Assembly: GCA_051313645.2 (NCBI GenBank)
Contig: JBNRSN020000014.1
Location: forward strand, 11,098,001-11,162,000
From: Centroscyllium fabricii
Taxonomy: Eukaryota
DNA length: 64,000 bases
Direction of reading: 5' to 3'
In this document: piece after piece, positions 60,262-64,000 of the stretch
Layout: each line of letters starts with the position of its first letter
Numbering within the stretch: the first letter of the stretch is position 1
Position numbers and translations under genes: made by a program
Notes under the pieces: generated by a model
The model's input: only the letters and a program-made list of their open reading frames with translations
Told to the model about the DNA's origin: nothing
Databases searched by the model: none

Positions 60262-62305
60262 CTTCAGAGGGACCTTGGTGTGCATGTACATAGGTCCCTG
60301 AAGGCAGCAGGACAGGTGGATAAGGTGGCTAAAAAGGCATATGGGATACTTGCCTTCATTAGCCGAGGCATAGAATATAAGAGCAGTGAGGTTATGATGG
60401 AGCTGTACAAAACGCTGGTAAGGCTACAGCTGGAGTACTGTGTGCAGTTGTTCTGGTCGCCACACTACATAAGAAATAGGAGCAGGAGTAGGCCAATCGG
60501 CCCCTCGAGCCTGCTCCGCCATTTAACAAGATCATGGCTGATCTGATCCTAACCTCAATTTTATTTTCACTCTCCATCCCGCCCAAACCCATGTGATCAC
60601 CCGGGAGAGGCGAAAAACCAGATAAAAAACCCAGTGGCCAATTTGGGAGAAAAAATCTGGCAAATTCCTCTCCGACCCATCTAGGCGATCGAAAACTGGT
60701 CCAGGAGATCACATGGCCGATCTGAACCTAGCCTCACGTCCACTTACCTGCCCGCTCACCATAACCCCTAATTCCCTTTACTTCCAGGAAACTGTCTATC
60801 TCTGTTTTAAATGTATTCAATGTAGTAGCTTCCACAGCTCTCTGGGGCAGCAAATTCCACAGCCCCACCACCCTCTGAGTGAAGAAGTTTCTCCTCATCT
60901 CAGTTTTGAAATGGCAGCCCCTTATTTTAAGATTATGCCCCCTAGTCCTAGTTTCACCCACCATTGGGAACATCCTCACCGCATCCACCCGATCAAGCCC
61001 TCTCACAACCTTATATGTTTCAATAAGATCGCCCCTCATTCTTCTGAACTCCAATGAGTAGAGGCCCAATCTACTCAGCCCCTTGAGTAGATGTTAGCCC
61101 CCTCATCCCCGGAATTAACCTAGTGAACCTTCTTTGCACTGCCTCGAGAGCAAGTATGTCCTTTCTTAAATATGGATACCAGAACTACACGCAGTACTCC
61201 AGGTGTGGTCTCACCAATACCCTGTACAACTGCAGCAAGACCTCCCTGCTTTTATACTCAATCCCCTTAGCAATAAAAGCCAACATTCCGTTGGCCTTCC
61301 TGACCACCTGCTGCACCTGCATATTAACACTCTGTGTTTCCTGCACCAGTGCCCCCAGATCCCTTTGCACTGAAGTACTTTCCAGTTCCTTTCCATTTAG
61401 ATAATAACTCGCTCTATTATTTTTCCTGCCAAAGTGCATAACTTCACACTTTCCAGTATTATACTCCATCTGCCAAATCTCTGCCCACTCACTTAGCCTA
61501 TCTATGTCCTTTTGCAGGTTCTTAATGTCCTCCTCACTCATCACCCTCCCTCCCATCTTTGTGTTATCTGCAAACTTTGATATGTTGCACTTGGTCCCTT
61601 CTTCCAAATCATTAATATAGATTGTAAAGAGTTGAGGTCCCAGCACCGACCCTTGCGGAACACCACTAGTGACTGACTGCCAGTCTGAGAACGAACCATT
61701 TATCCCAACTCTCTGTTTTCTGTTAGAAAGCCAATCCTCCAACCATGCCAGAATATTTCCCCCAACCCTGTGATTTTTTATCTTGCACTATAGGAAGGAT
61801 GTGATTGCTTTGGAGAGGGTGCAGAGGAGATTCACCAGGATGTTACCTGGGCTGGAGCGCTTCAGCTATGAAGAAAGACTGGACAGGCTGGGGTTGTTTT
61901 CCTTAGAGCAGAGAAGGCTGAGGGGTGACTTGATTGAGGTGTACAAAATTATGAGGGGCATAGATAGGGTAAATAGGAAGGAACTTTTTCCCTTGGTAGA
62001 GGGGTCAATAACCAGGGGACATAATTACAAGGTAAGGGGCGGGAGGTTTAGAGGGGATTTGAGGAGGAACTTTTTCACCCAGAGGGTGGTTGGAATCTGG
62101 AACTCGCTGCCTGAAAGGGTGGTAGAGGCAGGAACCCTCAACATCCAAGAAGCATTTGGATGAGCACTTGAAATGCCACAGCATACAAGGCTACGGACCA
62201 AATGCTGGAAAATGGGATCAGAGGAGACAGGGCTTGATGGCTGGCGAGGACACGATGGGCTGAAGTGCCTCTTTCTGTGCTGTATCACTCTATGACTCTA
62301 TCTTG
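60262..62305. mobile_element. Nested CR1 LINEs: a + copy (60262-60465 and 61783-62305) interrupted by a - copy (60466-61782)
   Basis: The + copy reads ..LEYCVQLFWSPHY / HYRKDVIALERVQRR across the insertion; the - copy has GVPQGSVLGP..FADNTK. Confidence 0.88.
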
Positions 62306-62499
62306 CTGTGCCCAAATTGGCTGCGACGGCTGCCTCTAAATAACGCTGTATGACTCTATGACGCTCTTCCAAAAAAACAGGCAATTGTGAGATACTGGAG
62401 GGTTTCCTGAAACTCTGGAACTGTTTTTCATTGCCTTCACTGGAGGGGGAAGTTTAAATACTAGTATTAAAAGGTGAATCCACTCTGTGCTGTTTCTAG

Positions 62500-62646
62500 G
62501 AAGCCAAATACCACATGCAGCGCTGCATTGACTCTGGGCTCTGGATTCCAAATGCCAAGGCTGCAGAGGAGGAAGGAGAGAAGAGTACAGAGGATGAGGA
62601 TCCTGTGTACGAAGAAGTTAAGAAGGAAAGCGGTGAAGAAAAATAG
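62500..62646 (+). CDS. CDC37: CDC37 exon 8 (last coding exon, TAG)
   Basis: EAKYHMQRCIDSGLWIPNA..SGEEK*; spliced CDS totals 1134 nt = 377 aa + stop. Confidence 0.97.
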   Translation, partial: EAKYHMQRCIDSGLWIPNAKAAEEEGEKSTEDEDPVYEEVKKESGEEK

Positions 62647-63283
62647 ACTTGTTTTGTTTCTGTATCTGCTAGTTTTAAGTGCTGTGTTGAGTTACAGACA
62701 GCATCCTGTTCACTGACCCATAGGGGTTCACATAAGTTCAATGTATCAGTCAATTGAATGAAAGCTAAAAGTCCTACACCAATCGACTGCTTTTTGCATA
62801 AAGCAAAGAAGTTTTGAGAGCATACAGGCTGCTTCACTCCTACGCAGTAACGCTCTGGATCAGCTGGCATCTGTGCAAGTGAAACCATCACAATTGTCAA
62901 GAGTGAGTGACTGCTTCCCCACTGCTTCATTTGAGTTAATGCATGCCACTCCATGTGGTGCTGAGCCACACAGACTGGAAGGCGCCAGGTTCAGCTCCGG
63001 ACCTGTGCCGAGTTACCCCATGAGACTCTGCAATGATGCCCCCCTCTGAGCAGCCCCCCGATACTCGCTGTCGAGGCCTGTACAGAAAGATCGGTCACTC
63101 GGGAGGGGTACTGGAGGGAGACAGAGAGAGAGAGCTGCTGCTGCCGCCCATGGAACCATATCCCACTCGAGTTACCGTCTTATGGGGGGGGAGGGTGGTG
63201 GAGAGAGATAATTTTGGTAAGAACTTGTGGCTTGTTGAAAATCCTTTCAGGAAGTGGGGGGGGGGGGGGTGGGGGTTGCCGAC

Positions 63284-63450
63284 CAATGTTCCCTCTAACT
63301 GCGTTGGCACGCAGCTAATATGAAAGGTCCCCCGCAGGTTGCTCGCCAGCTTCTCCTTTGTAAATAGCGGGCCGGCGCAGAAATTTAAAGGGACCGTGCA
63401 CTAAAAGAAACCGGCCGCGCAGAAGGAAGTGCAGCTTACAGCGAACATTG
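63284..63450. mobile_element. hAT-type MITE in or near the CDC37 3' UTR
   Basis: TIR caatgttccc/gcgaacattg; 8-bp flanks ttgccgac/gtgccgac. Confidence 0.72.
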
Positions 63451-63545
63451 GTGCCGACAGATGTCACTAAATTCAAATCATAATATTAGGGGAGAAATCG
63501 AAGAAAACGTCTGAGAAGCGTATTTCTACTTGCAATTGGAACAGG

Positions 63546-63551
63546 AATAAA
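63546..63551 (+). terminator. Candidate CDC37 polyadenylation signal AATAAA
   Basis: First canonical AATAAA noticed downstream of the stop codon; no transcript evidence. Confidence 0.35.
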
Positions 63552-64000
63552 ATGAAAATGCTGACTGTATATTCCAAAAAAAGAGAGAACCACCCCTGAC
63601 CTAAATTATTGCTGACAGAATTTTAAAACATTTCTGTTTGGCAAATGCGTCATATTTTCTGGTGTCCTTGCTGTTTGACTCCACAGCCAAATGTTTTGCT
63701 CCCTCAATCTGAACACATTTCTCTGAGGTGATGGGGCGGGATAATAAGCAGAATAACTAGCAAAATTGTGTAGATTTTTGGATTTTTGAGTGCTCGGTTT
63801 TTAGTACAAGATCCTTATTTTGTCAGTTTTGAGGTTAGGTGACTGATTTACATCTCTCGATAGGTGCTTTTATTTTCAGCTCTTTTGAACACTCGGAAGA
63901 AACCACCGTAGTATTGTCCACCGGGTTTAACTCCTTACGTTCTGTACATATATTTTAATGAAAAGCTGCGCATTGCACAGATTGTGGCTCGCAATGACTT

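Overview
Eukaryotic genomic DNA, almost certainly from a cartilaginous fish (HE1/V-SINEs, SacSINE1-like DeuSINEs, HER1/CR1 LINEs). The right half holds one host gene, CDC37 (Hsp90 co-chaperone; 8 coding exons, 34128-62646, + strand, 377 aa, all introns GT-AG). The left 34 kb is a nested stack of young Ty3/Gypsy LTR retrotransposons: two CsRn1-like copies (one with an intact 1275-aa gag-pol ORF), two Mag-like copies without a tRNA primer-binding site, and a sushi-type chromovirus. Solo LTRs, LINE/SINE fragments, Penelope-derived hammerhead-like motifs, MITEs and minisatellites fill the rest. Most notable observations: (1) a chimeric processed SMG5+EIF3I retro-cassette joined to a Rex1-type 3' tail in CDC37 intron 1; (2) a 228-bp inversion between two inverted LTRs, shown by swapped target-site duplications; (3) two Gypsy elements whose PBS position is complementary, with covariation, to their own LTR poly(A)-signal region; (4) a CRE-like minisatellite running up to the CDC37 promoter and split by about 13 kb of insertions. 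Family assignments come from motif recognition, not database searches.
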